Below are positions 26,683 through 35,660 of a stretch of DNA of 40,731 bases, piece by piece. The notes under the pieces are model-generated. The model had not been told where the DNA came from, ran no database searches, and saw only the letters and a program-made list of their open reading frames with translations. The position numbers were made by a program, and so were the translations under genes. The stretch comes from an uncultured Nitrosopumilaceae archaeon (GTDB lineage Archaea; Thermoproteota; Nitrososphaeria; Nitrososphaerales; Nitrosopumilaceae). Each line of letters begins with the position of its first letter. The first letter of the stretch is position 1. Where the stretch lies: assembly GCA_964447595.1 (NCBI GenBank), contig CAYUTC010000001.1, positions 1 to 40,731 on the forward strand. Direction: 5' to 3'.

Positions 26683-27381
26683 TTGAAGAATAATATAAAA
26701 ACAATGATCCTTGACATTATTTTTGGGTTGGAAAAGCTCATTCTGGTTGGAGTCTTGGCATTTACCATTCCGAGTGTCTATGCATCGTCATTTGCAACAA
26801 TTCATTTGGACATTATTGGTTCAGGAATAAAAGAGGGTTCGAATGTAACGTTTTCGGGTATTCTAACGACCCCAGATGGAACGCCCATTCCACACCGTAC
26901 AATATTCATTGAGGACGACACGATGTATATCCGTCCTGATATCATTTTAGCAGTTACTACAACAGGCTCAGATGGCAAGTTTCTGGCTTTTTGGAAGGTT
27001 GTACCAAAAGACAATGGAAACCCATTTCATTTTTATGCAAAGTTTCTAGGAGGAAAAACATTTGGGTATACAAAAAGTGAGACCTATGAATCAACTGTAC
27101 AATTGAACAATCAATCGTCTACTGATGTTGTACCCTCCAAGGTAATGCCTGCTTGGTTCATAGATGCCTCGAAGTTATGGTATAACAATCAGATCAGAAA
27201 TTGGGATTATGCTTTTGGAGTGCAGAATTTAATAGATTATGGAATTATAAAATCAAATCAAACATCAGATTCAATGTTTGACATACCATCATGGTTTCGA
27301 AATGATGCAAATTGGATGGTAACTGGAGAAATTTCTCATGATGAATTTGTAAAGGCATTAGAATATCTGGTAAATAGATAG
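26683..27381 (+). CDS. Secreted protein with beta-sandwich-like region and two C-terminal thaumarchaeal 'P.WF...A.W' repeats
   Basis: Hydrophobic N-terminal segment ending in VYA; MPAWFIDASKLW...QNLIDYGII and IPSWFRNDANW..GEIS..EF.KALEYL. Start codon uncertain. Confidence 0.75.
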   Translation: MKNNIKTMILDIIFGLEKLILVGVLAFTIPSVYASSFATIHLDIIGSGIKEGSNVTFSGILTTPDGTPIPHRTIFIEDDTMYIRPDIILAVTTTGSDGKFLAFWKVVPKDNGNPFHFYAKFLGGKTFGYTKSETYESTVQLNNQSSTDVVPSKVMPAWFIDASKLWYNNQIRNWDYAFGVQNLIDYGIIKSNQTSDSMFDIPSWFRNDANWMVTGEISHDEFVKALEYLVNR

Positions 27382-27488
27382 TTACACATTGACATAAAAA
27401 TTCAGTGATGAATCAAGTATAGAAAATTAGTTTAGATAATTATCTAGTAAAAATAGGCTTAAATTGGAATAAAAAATTGCCAAAACTA

Positions 27489-28046
27489 ATGTCTACTGTC
27501 TCGTTAAAAAAAGATCATGACCTCATTGAGAAGGTTCTCAGAGCCATGTGGGCAACAATACCTCTTTTAAAGAGTGGCAAGACTATTCCAGAGCCTATTA
27601 TCATGCAAGTTATTGATTTTACAAAGAACTTTACAGATGTATGCCACCATGGAAAGGAGGAAAATTCTCTCTTTCCACAGCTTGAGAAAAAAGGAATGCC
27701 AAAAGAAAGTGGTCCCATTGCAGTGATGTTAATGGAGCATCAGATAACTCGAAAACTTGGTGCAAGAATGGAGGAATCATCTAAAACCTACGTAAAGACT
27801 GGAGATTCTACTCAGCTTGTTACTGACATGCAAGAATACATCAATCATGTAGTACAACACATTTGGAAAGAAAACAACCGTCTCTTTGAGATGGCCGAAA
27901 TGGCGCTAAGAAATGATGTTGAAAAGGTAAATCACGAACTTGCAAGCATGGAAACAGAAAAACTCAAAGAAATTGGCAAGACCAGAGAATCTTATGAGAA
28001 ACTTGCCCAAGAACTTGAAAAACAGTTTCCGTTAAAAGAAGAATAA
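27489..28046 (+). CDS. Hemerythrin/HHE cation-binding domain protein
   Basis: DH, HHGKEE..LFP, GPIAVMLMEH, HIWKEN..LF. Start set at the ATG at 27489. Confidence 0.9.
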   Translation: MSTVSLKKDHDLIEKVLRAMWATIPLLKSGKTIPEPIIMQVIDFTKNFTDVCHHGKEENSLFPQLEKKGMPKESGPIAVMLMEHQITRKLGARMEESSKTYVKTGDSTQLVTDMQEYINHVVQHIWKENNRLFEMAEMALRNDVEKVNHELASMETEKLKEIGKTRESYEKLAQELEKQFPLKEE

Positions 28047-28199
28047 GCGTGATTTCTTTATTACAGTACAGATAGAATGTTATTGTTGATTTTTAAATCT
28101 TGAAATAATGAATTGATCGAGTTAAAAATCAAAGTTTATGTGTGCTATGAAAAAATCGAGAGATGGGGCTGAATAGAAATTACAAATTCAAACATTCAC

Positions 28200-29456
28200 A
28201 TGATCTATGTTTTACTTGATGGAATAGGAGATCTTCCCCATCCTGACCTCAAAGGAATGACGCCTCTGAGCTATGCCAAGACCCCAAACTTGGACAAGAT
28301 TGCAAAAAATGGTACAATTGGCCAGGTAATTTCGGTTGGAAAGGGAATAGCACCACAATCAGATATTGCTGTCTTTAACATGCTAGGGTACAAATTTGAA
28401 AATTCAACCTATGTGGGTAGAGGAGTAATTGAGGCAATAGGTGTTGGAATTGATTTTAAGACTGGCGATCTTGCTTTGCGTGGAAACTTTGCTTCAATAA
28501 ACGATGAGAGAATCATAACAGATAGAAGAGCAGGCAGGAGGATAGAGCGAGAAGATGCCCTTGCTATTTCAAAAGAGATAGAACAAAAGATCAAGTTTTC
28601 AAATCCAAAAGCCTCTGTTGTGGTAGCACCAACAATAGGGCACAGGGTAATAATCAGAATAAGATGTGATGGCCAGTTTTTAACACCTGATATATCCAAC
28701 ACAGACCCTGCATATGCAAGAATTGGCGGCATGGGTGTTGCAAAGGCAGTGGGCGATTACATGAAGATTGAAAAGTCTCTTCCTCTGGACCAATCCGAAT
28801 CAGCAAAACTATCGGCTGAACTTGTGAATGAATTTACAGAAAAATCACTTGAGATAATGAAAAACAGCGAAGTAAACAAGCGACGCAAAACACAGGGAAA
28901 AAAACTGTTAAATTCAATACTGTTGCGTGATGCTGGAAACAAATTTCCAGATGTTGTTCCAATCAACCAATTGCATGACATGAGGTTTTCATGTATTGTA
29001 GACATGCCTGTTGAAATTGGCATAGCAAATGTTTTGAAGATGAAAACGTTTAGTGCAGGAGGTCTTACAGACTATGAAGAAAAGGCAAGAGTTGCTGCAA
29101 AAGCTATGGAAACACAGAATGCAATCTATGTCCACATCAAAGGTCCTGATGAATTTGGACATGATGGTGATGCAATTGGAAAGATGAAAAATATCGAAGA
29201 GATTGATACTAGGTTTTTTGGCACGCTGCTAGATATCATAGATACATCCAAGGTTTATGTTGTAATCTCAGGAGACCACTCTACGCCGTGTATCAACAAG
29301 GGCCACAGCGACGATCCAGTTCCAGTGCTTGTATCAGGGGACACGGTAAGAAAAGATGGCACAACAAGATTTACTGAAGAGCAAGCAAAAAAAGGAAAAA
29401 TCGGTCTACTTGCAGGAGCCGAGGTAATCAAGACAGCAATTAGTCTTGTTAGATAG
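28200..29456 (+). CDS. apgM: 2,3-bisphosphoglycerate-independent phosphoglycerate mutase (archaeal ApgM family)
   Basis: LLDGIGD, TP..D, PQSD (catalytic Ser), GRG, HIKGPDEFGHDG, SGDHSTP, HSDDPVP. Confidence 0.92.
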   Translation: MIYVLLDGIGDLPHPDLKGMTPLSYAKTPNLDKIAKNGTIGQVISVGKGIAPQSDIAVFNMLGYKFENSTYVGRGVIEAIGVGIDFKTGDLALRGNFASINDERIITDRRAGRRIEREDALAISKEIEQKIKFSNPKASVVVAPTIGHRVIIRIRCDGQFLTPDISNTDPAYARIGGMGVAKAVGDYMKIEKSLPLDQSESAKLSAELVNEFTEKSLEIMKNSEVNKRRKTQGKKLLNSILLRDAGNKFPDVVPINQLHDMRFSCIVDMPVEIGIANVLKMKTFSAGGLTDYEEKARVAAKAMETQNAIYVHIKGPDEFGHDGDAIGKMKNIEEIDTRFFGTLLDIIDTSKVYVVISGDHSTPCINKGHSDDPVPVLVSGDTVRKDGTTRFTEEQAKKGKIGLLAGAEVIKTAISLVR

Positions 29457-30009
29457 AAAAAGTTGAAATCTTTTTTGTTGCTATAATTTCAGACGTTTTT
29501 CTCTTAAACTCATCAATGTTTATGCCATGATAATTTCCTGTTGTATACCTGAGCTTTTCCATTGCACGCTGTAAAATGGAAAGACAGATCTCATTTTCAT
29601 ACTTTTGATAATGTACCAGTGCTGCTGCAACTAAAATCATGCCTTGAACAAGGTCTTTCTCATCCCCAGATGTTTTTTTCCAGACTCCTTCAAGAACCTC
29701 GTGGCATTCCCAGAATCTTTCTTGGTTAAAATAAAATTTGGCCATTTCCAGTGCCTCCTCTTTTTCAATGTGTTCTTCTACAAGATGTCTTGCGTCATCT
29801 AGTTTTCCAATTGGTTTTAGTTTTTCAACAAGTAAATCTAGTTGTGCTTTAGGAATTGAGACATCAAACTCTAGATGTTTTTTTGATACTCGTGTGTCAC
29901 GAATAACAGAACCAAGACCAGAGGTAAGACTGTCTGCTTTTTTTAATAGTCCCTGTGCATCTTTTGGCACATGTCCTGAATTTTTTAGATGAATCATAAA
30001 ACGATCCAC
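29449..30009 (-). CDS. DUF309 domain protein
   Basis: FN.ERFWECHEVLEGVW...QG.I..AAA..H. Confidence 0.85.
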   Translation of the reverse strand: MDRFMIHLKNSGHVPKDAQGLLKKADSLTSGLGSVIRDTRVSKKHLEFDVSIPKAQLDLLVEKLKPIGKLDDARHLVEEHIEKEEALEMAKFYFNQERFWECHEVLEGVWKKTSGDEKDLVQGMILVAAALVHYQKYENEICLSILQRAMEKLRYTTGNYHGINIDEFKRKTSEIIATKKISTFSI

Positions 30010-30060
30010 ATGATACCAACATTGTAATTTCTTAAATTTGTTAGCTAGACTCTGTTAAGA

Positions 30061-30068
30061 TTTATATG
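30061..30068 (+). promoter_or_regulatory. Archaeal TATA box of the rps24e-rps27ae operon
   Basis: TTTATATG 25-32 nt upstream of the ATG at 30093 (leaderless geometry). Confidence 0.6.
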
Positions 30069-30092
30069 AACTATTAAAAGGACTCCAGATAC

Positions 30093-30515
30093 ATGTCCAT
30101 GATTGAAGTTACACGTGATGTAAAGAATTCGCTACTGTCAAGAAGAGAGATAACGTGTACATTCAAGGGACTTGGAGGAAGACTCAAGAAATTAGAAGCA
30201 GTGGAGATGATCTCAAAACAGTTTAGTCTGGACGGAAAAGTTGTAGTGCCAATACTTCTCAAAAATGAGACTGGCAAACCACTAGTTTCTGGTACATTCT
30301 ATGTTTATGAAGATGAAAAGTTAGCAAGACAGCATCTCAAGACTGCAATCTTTAACAGACTTGAAAAAGCAAAAGGAGCACCTGCAAAACCAGAAGAAGG
30401 TGCAGCTCCTGCAGAAACAAAAGCTGAAGAGAAACCAAAAGAAGAGAAAAAGGCAGAAGAGAAACCCAAGAAGGAAGAAAAGAAAGCCGAAGAGAAAAAG
30501 GAAGAGAGTAAGTAA
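30093..30515 (+). CDS. rps24e: 30S ribosomal protein S24e with Lys/Glu-rich tail
   Basis: N.LL.RREI...G...YVYE; directly upstream of S27ae. Confidence 0.88.
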   Translation: MSMIEVTRDVKNSLLSRREITCTFKGLGGRLKKLEAVEMISKQFSLDGKVVVPILLKNETGKPLVSGTFYVYEDEKLARQHLKTAIFNRLEKAKGAPAKPEEGAAPAETKAEEKPKEEKKAEEKPKKEEKKAEEKKEESK

Positions 30516-30688
30516 TGGCAGGCAAGAAAGGAACCAGCCCTGCAGTATACAAATACTACAAGGTCAAGGGAGAAAAGGCGGAGAAAGTAAAGAAAGAATG
30601 TTCAAGATGTGGCAAGGGTGTTTTCATGTCAGAACACAAGAACAGGCGAAGCTGTGGTAAATGTGGCTTGACTGAATTTATCCAGTAA
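30515..30688 (+). CDS. rps27ae: 30S ribosomal protein S27ae (not in ORF track)
   Basis: Manual translation MAGKKGTSPAVYKYYKVKGEKAEKVKKECSRCGKGVFMSEHKNRRSCGKCGLTEFIQ*; TAATG stop/start overlap with rps24e. Confidence 0.95.
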   Translation: MAGKKGTSPAVYKYYKVKGEKAEKVKKECSRCGKGVFMSEHKNRRSCGKCGLTEFIQ

Positions 30689-31393
30689 TCAGTATAGTTT
30701 TTTCTTTCGTAGACGAGACATTTTGTGTTCAATCTCACCTAGTTTTTGCAGCAAGGTTGAATCTATCTTGGTTTTTGCAAGCACATCTGCCGGAATTTTA
30801 ATGACATTTGTATCAAGTGCAATGTTAATTGTGGGCAGTTTTTTCTGAATCCAGTGTTTTAGTACCTTGTCTTCAAGTTTATAGTCTCTGAATCCCTCTG
30901 GAAATTTCTTTGTTATGTGTGATAGTAAGGTCTTGTCATCAAATACAGCTCGTGGATCAAACAATCTTGTTGTATCAGCATACATGCTTTCAAAGAGGTT
31001 ACCAGATATTTCGTCTGAGACCATTTCCATTTTGGATATCCTTCTTATTAGCTCCAGATAGTGCAAAAACTCATGAGCCAATATGGCATGTATAGTTCCC
31101 TTGAGACCATAGACAACTAGGGGTGCTGTGATTTGGATGATTATCTCTACCTTGTTATTTGTAACTATAGGTATGGTCCTTGCAAACAAGATTCCATAGT
31201 CAAAGGATCCCGAATGTTGCGATGTAATTATTGAAGGTTCAATGTATGCCAATGGGAAATTAATTTTTGATGCCTTTTCTATTCTGTCAATTCCCGCAAC
31301 TGCAATCTTGAATCTATCAAGTATTAATGAATGAACTTTGTCTGGCAGAATACCTTTTTTGTGAGCTTCATTTACTCGTAAGAGCGGATCCAA
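30689..31393 (-). CDS. Hypothetical protein with HExxH zincin-like motif
   Basis: ILAHEFLHYLE within a 234-aa soluble ORF. Confidence 0.75.
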   Translation of the reverse strand: MDPLLRVNEAHKKGILPDKVHSLILDRFKIAVAGIDRIEKASKINFPLAYIEPSIITSQHSGSFDYGILFARTIPIVTNNKVEIIIQITAPLVVYGLKGTIHAILAHEFLHYLELIRRISKMEMVSDEISGNLFESMYADTTRLFDPRAVFDDKTLLSHITKKFPEGFRDYKLEDKVLKHWIQKKLPTINIALDTNVIKIPADVLAKTKIDSTLLQKLGEIEHKMSRLRKKKLY

Positions 31394-31442
31394 TCAAAAG
31401 AGCTTGATTTTGACTATAATAAAACCTTGACATAAATGTCAT

Positions 31443-32606
31443 TTACTTTGTAACTATTATTTTGTGAAAATCAAACAATTTGCATTTGCAATTAACCTCA
31501 AGTATACTGCTCACGCTAGGTTCTACTTCGTGGCCAGAAATAAATCTCTTAATTGGAATTCCGCCCTCTGCCTCTATTAGAATTTTAAACGAGTTGCTTG
31601 ATTTTTTTTTGAATTTAATACCATAGATTCTTTTTTTGTTCTTGTGGCCAGAATTTTCAAATAAAGTTACAAATTGATCTTTGAGTTTTCGTAGTTTTTT
31701 TAACATTTGAGACGTTATCTCGTTTTCTGCATCTACCTCTACAATTACTTCTGTTCTAAATCTTACAGGATCTGATGGAATTTTCGATATTGTACGTAGG
31801 CCATGAATTAAGACTCCGCCTAGGTCTATCTTTTTGGCAAGAGAAACATGTCTTTTGTGCGGATTGGTCAGCTTTACAAAATAAGGTCTTCCATTGCCCA
31901 TAACAAGGCTTGATTCATCCTCGCTTCCAATCCAGGTCACCTTGGCCTGTTGTGCACCAAACTTTTCAAATAGAAATTTTGCCATCTTTCCCTCAACACT
32001 ATTGTATTGCACAATTCCATGAAAATCGCAGACAAAACATCCTTTGCCTGCACATTGGTCACATGGTTTTTGCTTTTGTGGCAGGTCTCTGAGATTTTTT
32101 GTGTATCTTCCTTGTAGGAATACTGTCTTTGGCTTTATTTCACATTGATTTTTTTTAAAATCAACTGTAAATACTACATCTGGGTTTTGGTAATCCACCC
32201 TTGTCCTAGTTTTCCGCGAAAACCACTTGCCCATCTCCCTAGTTACGTCGCTTTTTATGCTTGTAATTCCACGAAGTTTGAACTTGGAGCGAATTGTGTC
32301 ATCTCTGTCATGAATTGACGGCTGCAAGATTGCACCAATAAGAAAGGTTGAAAATTGATATTCTTTTGATACATCTAGCATTTTATCAAGATGTGCGCCA
32401 AGTCCTGACATCAGGCCTTTACAAATATAGCAAGATTTTGGCAGTTTTTGTTTTATCTTGTCTCTAATTTTGAGCCCAAGTTTCTTGTGTGATACAACTC
32501 CTAGTTTTCCTGCAAAGATTCTGCCAAGACAGTGATCACATAGTGGATATTCTTGCAATATTTTCTTGGTATCCTCAATGACCTCAGCTAGTTTTTTCTT
32601 GTCCAA
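31443..32606 (-). CDS. pus10: tRNA pseudouridine(54/55) synthase Pus10 homologue (divergent active site)
   Basis: LCDHCLGR, CYIC, THUMP-like region, GRYTK..R..PQ, G.ED....GNGRP. Confidence 0.85.
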   Translation of the reverse strand: MDKKKLAEVIEDTKKILQEYPLCDHCLGRIFAGKLGVVSHKKLGLKIRDKIKQKLPKSCYICKGLMSGLGAHLDKMLDVSKEYQFSTFLIGAILQPSIHDRDDTIRSKFKLRGITSIKSDVTREMGKWFSRKTRTRVDYQNPDVVFTVDFKKNQCEIKPKTVFLQGRYTKNLRDLPQKQKPCDQCAGKGCFVCDFHGIVQYNSVEGKMAKFLFEKFGAQQAKVTWIGSEDESSLVMGNGRPYFVKLTNPHKRHVSLAKKIDLGGVLIHGLRTISKIPSDPVRFRTEVIVEVDAENEITSQMLKKLRKLKDQFVTLFENSGHKNKKRIYGIKFKKKSSNSFKILIEAEGGIPIKRFISGHEVEPSVSSILEVNCKCKLFDFHKIIVTK

Positions 32607-32701
32607 TGAACTAGTGTAAATACAGTATGTTTTAATTCTAATTGAAAAAACATGCTATTTTTGGTATGTGAGACTGTTTATTTGAACTGGTTACCAAATA
32701 A

Positions 32702-33382
32702 CTAGTATGGATACAGTCTTTGTTGTGATTCTTTGTCGGTCACACTGATTGCCTTTGTTGGGCAGGTGTGTGCAGCATCTAAAATCTTCGATGACTTTGC
32801 ACCGTCTTCGTTAATAACTCGCGATTTCGGATTTACACGTACATTTTTTTCCACATGAAATACTTTGGGAGCAATAGTTTCACAACTGCAACATGCTATG
32901 CACCTTTCTGGATCAACATTTACAGATACAGGAATTTCTTGTTCTACTTCAATTGGGGTTGAATCTGTCCTTGTCTCGGTTCGTATTCTTTCATAATATT
33001 CCCAAAACGTCTTCTCATATTGTTTCCAAAAGTCCTGATATGCATTTTCAGCATATCTTGTATGTCTTGTCCAGTCTTCTTGTGGAGTCTTCTCCGAGTC
33101 TTTTGCACCCCAGGAGCGTTTCTTTGAACCAAAATCATATCGTTTGTCGGAATTTTTTTCCTCGTATCGTTGGTGTGATGATCTTGTGCCAATACTTTTC
33201 TTATAATCTGCTCTGAGTGCTTGATAGGCCTCAGATATCATCTTGAATTTTTTGCCATCTTGGTCTGTACTGTTTTTGTCAGGATGGTACTTGAGTGCAA
33301 GTTTTCTGTATGCAGTTTTGACTTCTTTGATTGAAGCTCCACTTTGGAGTCCTAGTATCTGATAACATTGATAATTATTCAA
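32702..33382 (-). CDS. DnaJ (J-domain)-ferredoxin fusion protein
   Basis: YQILGL...[13 protein letters not shown]...F..ISEAY; C-terminal [13 protein letters not shown] and CPTKAI. Confidence 0.92.
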   Translation of the reverse strand: MNNYQCYQILGLQSGASIKEVKTAYRKLALKYHPDKNSTDQDGKKFKMISEAYQALRADYKKSIGTRSSHQRYEEKNSDKRYDFGSKKRSWGAKDSEKTPQEDWTRHTRYAENAYQDFWKQYEKTFWEYYERIRTETRTDSTPIEVEQEIPVSVNVDPERCIACCSCETIAPKVFHVEKNVRVNPKSRVINEDGAKSSKILDAAHTCPTKAISVTDKESQQRLYPY

Positions 33383-33454
33383 TGCATTAAATTCGCAGAA
33401 CTATTTTAAAAACTACGCTGTTAAGTTATACAAAAAGAATTTGATAAAAATTTG

Positions 33455-34780
33455 TTACCCTAGTCCCATCTTGCGTAACATGCCTTGGAGTTGTCTGCCC
33501 TTTGATGCCTTCATCATTGACTTGGAATTCTTGTAGGCCTTTAGAAGCTCTTTTACCTCATGCTCAGGCCAGCCAGAACCACGGGCAATTCGCTTGACAC
33601 GAGACGCATTAATAATATCCGGATCTGCTTTTTCCTCTTTTGTCATGGACTGGATAACATATCTCCATTTTTCCATGCGTTCTTCTTGCTGTTCCAACTG
33701 ATCCTCTTTTACCATCCCTGAAAATCCAGGCATGTTTTCCAAAATGTTGCGCAACCCACCAGCCTTTGTTGCTTCTTCTATCTGAAAGTAAAAATCCTCC
33801 ATGTTCATTTTTCCATGGGTGATGCGTTTTAGCCTCTCTTCATTTCCTTCTGTTTCAAGTCTTTTTGCCATGTCAAGCAAGGCCTGAATGTCTCCCATTC
33901 CAAGCAGTCTGCCAACAAATCTAGTTGGAGAGAATTTTTCAAGATCATCAATTCTTTCACCTGTGCCAATGTACATTATCTTTGCACCAGTTGCAGCAGC
34001 CGCTGCAAGTGCACCACCTCCCTTTGCACTTGAATCAAGTTTTGTTATAATGATACCACCAACTGGTACCGTCTTGTGAAACGCTTCAGCCTGATTGTAA
34101 CACTGTTGGCCTATAGTACCATCAATTACAAGTAGTGCCAGGTCTGGATTTGCAACCTTGCCAATTCTTGTCATTTCATCTAAAAGATCTTTTTCTTCTT
34201 TGTGTCTTCCTGCAGTATCAATTAATACAATATCAAAATTTTTTCCATCAAAGTGTTTGAGGCCGTTTTTTACAATATCTGGCGAATCCTTGTTTGCCTC
34301 TTCGCCGTATACCTCGACATTTGTTTTTTCACACATGGTCTTAAGCTGTGTCAGCGCTCCTGGCCTGTACGTGTCAGCGCCAATAACGCATACTCGATAG
34401 CCTTGTTTTGTCAGAAACTTGGCAAGCTTGGCAGTAATTGTGGTCTTGCCGCTTCCCTGAATTCCAAGCATCAAGACCTTATTCATTATACCTGGCTGGA
34501 ACTTGTATTCTTCTTCTGTACCAAGTAGCTTTGAGAGCTCATCGTACAAAATCTTGACAATGTGATCCTTTCGTGAGAGTCCCGGCGGCGGAGTTTCCTT
34601 GAGTGATCTCTCTTCAAGGTTTTTTGTTATCTGAAATACAAGTTTTACATTTACATCAGATTGCAGTAACGCACGTTGTATGTCTTTTGCAAGTTCCTTG
34701 ATTAAGGCCTCGTCTATGGCAGATGAGCTTACAATCTTTTTTAATGCAGCTCGAAGACCTGTCTTTAGACTATCTAACAT
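33455..34780 (-). CDS. srp54: Signal recognition particle protein SRP54
   Basis: ALLQSDVN, GIQGSGKTT, DTYRPGA, DTAGRH, TKLD..AKGG, RLLGMGD, SR..RIARGSG M-domain. Confidence 0.97.
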   Translation of the reverse strand: MLDSLKTGLRAALKKIVSSSAIDEALIKELAKDIQRALLQSDVNVKLVFQITKNLEERSLKETPPPGLSRKDHIVKILYDELSKLLGTEEEYKFQPGIMNKVLMLGIQGSGKTTITAKLAKFLTKQGYRVCVIGADTYRPGALTQLKTMCEKTNVEVYGEEANKDSPDIVKNGLKHFDGKNFDIVLIDTAGRHKEEKDLLDEMTRIGKVANPDLALLVIDGTIGQQCYNQAEAFHKTVPVGGIIITKLDSSAKGGGALAAAAATGAKIMYIGTGERIDDLEKFSPTRFVGRLLGMGDIQALLDMAKRLETEGNEERLKRITHGKMNMEDFYFQIEEATKAGGLRNILENMPGFSGMVKEDQLEQQEERMEKWRYVIQSMTKEEKADPDIINASRVKRIARGSGWPEHEVKELLKAYKNSKSMMKASKGRQLQGMLRKMGLG

Positions 34781-34782
34781 TA

Positions 34783-35478
34783 TTACTTCAAGACTGCTTC
34801 GGTTATTTCAAACCTTCCCCTATAGCCATCCCAAATCTTCTTTGATTTTATTATCTTGATTGTTCCAGAAAAAAGTGGACATGATGTCACAAACGTTTCT
34901 GCTTCGCCTCCTTCAAAGGAAATGTTAAATCCAAATTTTGATGACAGTTTTTCTAATTTGGATAAATCTGATAATGTGATTTCTTTTCCAAGCCACGAGT
35001 CATCCAGTCCCTCTGCAGAAACACTTACAACAATAAATCGAAATTTTGATTGTATCAACTGATGTAAATATTCTAATTGATTTATGTGCCAGAGCGGCGA
35101 AATTATTTTAAGATCTAAATTCTTGCACACTGTCTCAAAATTTTTTCTCTGATATTCGCTTCGTATACCACCATGTAATACTCCTTCAATTCCAAATTCT
35201 GTCTTTGCTTTCTGTAGTAATTTTTCTAATTTGTTGACTTCGAGTTCGGTTCTATCCGAGTCTGCACTTGCAACTAGTTGTGGTATTCTCATTGCTTTTG
35301 CCTGAAGAGCCGTGATGTCAATATTATGATAATGCAACAAGTGACTTTCATCAGATCTTGGAAATATAGTAACAAGGCACGAAATTGTATGGCCATCTAA
35401 TCTTGCTTTGTAAATGGCAAAAGTGCTGTCTTTTCCCCCAGAATATAGTGCAGCCAGTTTCAATTTGAGTTGAGTCAA
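34783..35478 (-). CDS. dph6: Diphthine-ammonia ligase (Dph6/DUF71 ATP pyrophosphatase)
   Basis: SGGKDS PP-loop, S.YQ, PLW, EGGEAET. Confidence 0.9.
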   Translation of the reverse strand: MTQLKLKLAALYSGGKDSTFAIYKARLDGHTISCLVTIFPRSDESHLLHYHNIDITALQAKAMRIPQLVASADSDRTELEVNKLEKLLQKAKTEFGIEGVLHGGIRSEYQRKNFETVCKNLDLKIISPLWHINQLEYLHQLIQSKFRFIVVSVSAEGLDDSWLGKEITLSDLSKLEKLSSKFGFNISFEGGEAETFVTSCPLFSGTIKIIKSKKIWDGYRGRFEITEAVLK

Positions 35479-35489
35479 TTACCAGTCAA

Positions 35490-35603
35490 TTAATTTTTTT
35501 CCAGCTGGTGTACCCGTTTGAGACAGGACTCACACAGTGCAAGGCTGTCCTTAATTGCAATCTCCACGTTTGATGCCAGACATACGTGGCAGAGACCTTT
35601 CAC
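35490..35603 (-). CDS. 37-aa CxxC-CxxC zinc-finger microprotein (not in ORF track)
   Basis: GTG-started MKGLCHVCLASNVEIAIKDSLALCESCLKRVHQLEKN*; an AAGTTATA TATA-like element lies about 25-30 nt upstream; ends 11 nt before dph6. Confidence 0.7.
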   Translation of the reverse strand: MKGLCHVCLASNVEIAIKDSLALCESCLKRVHQLEKN

Positions 35604-35660
35604 ATATTATCTATTGGCATCATTATGTATAACTTATTCGGGCTTTGATTAGAAAAGCCT

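Noticed and set aside
27404-27450. GTGATGA C-box-like word as a second C/D sRNA
   Set aside because: No CTGA D'/D boxes at the right spacing and no terminal stem.
30361-30660. 99-aa Lys/Arg-rich + strand ORF
   Set aside because: Out-of-frame reading across the rps24e tail and rps27ae; the true genes are recognisable in other frames.
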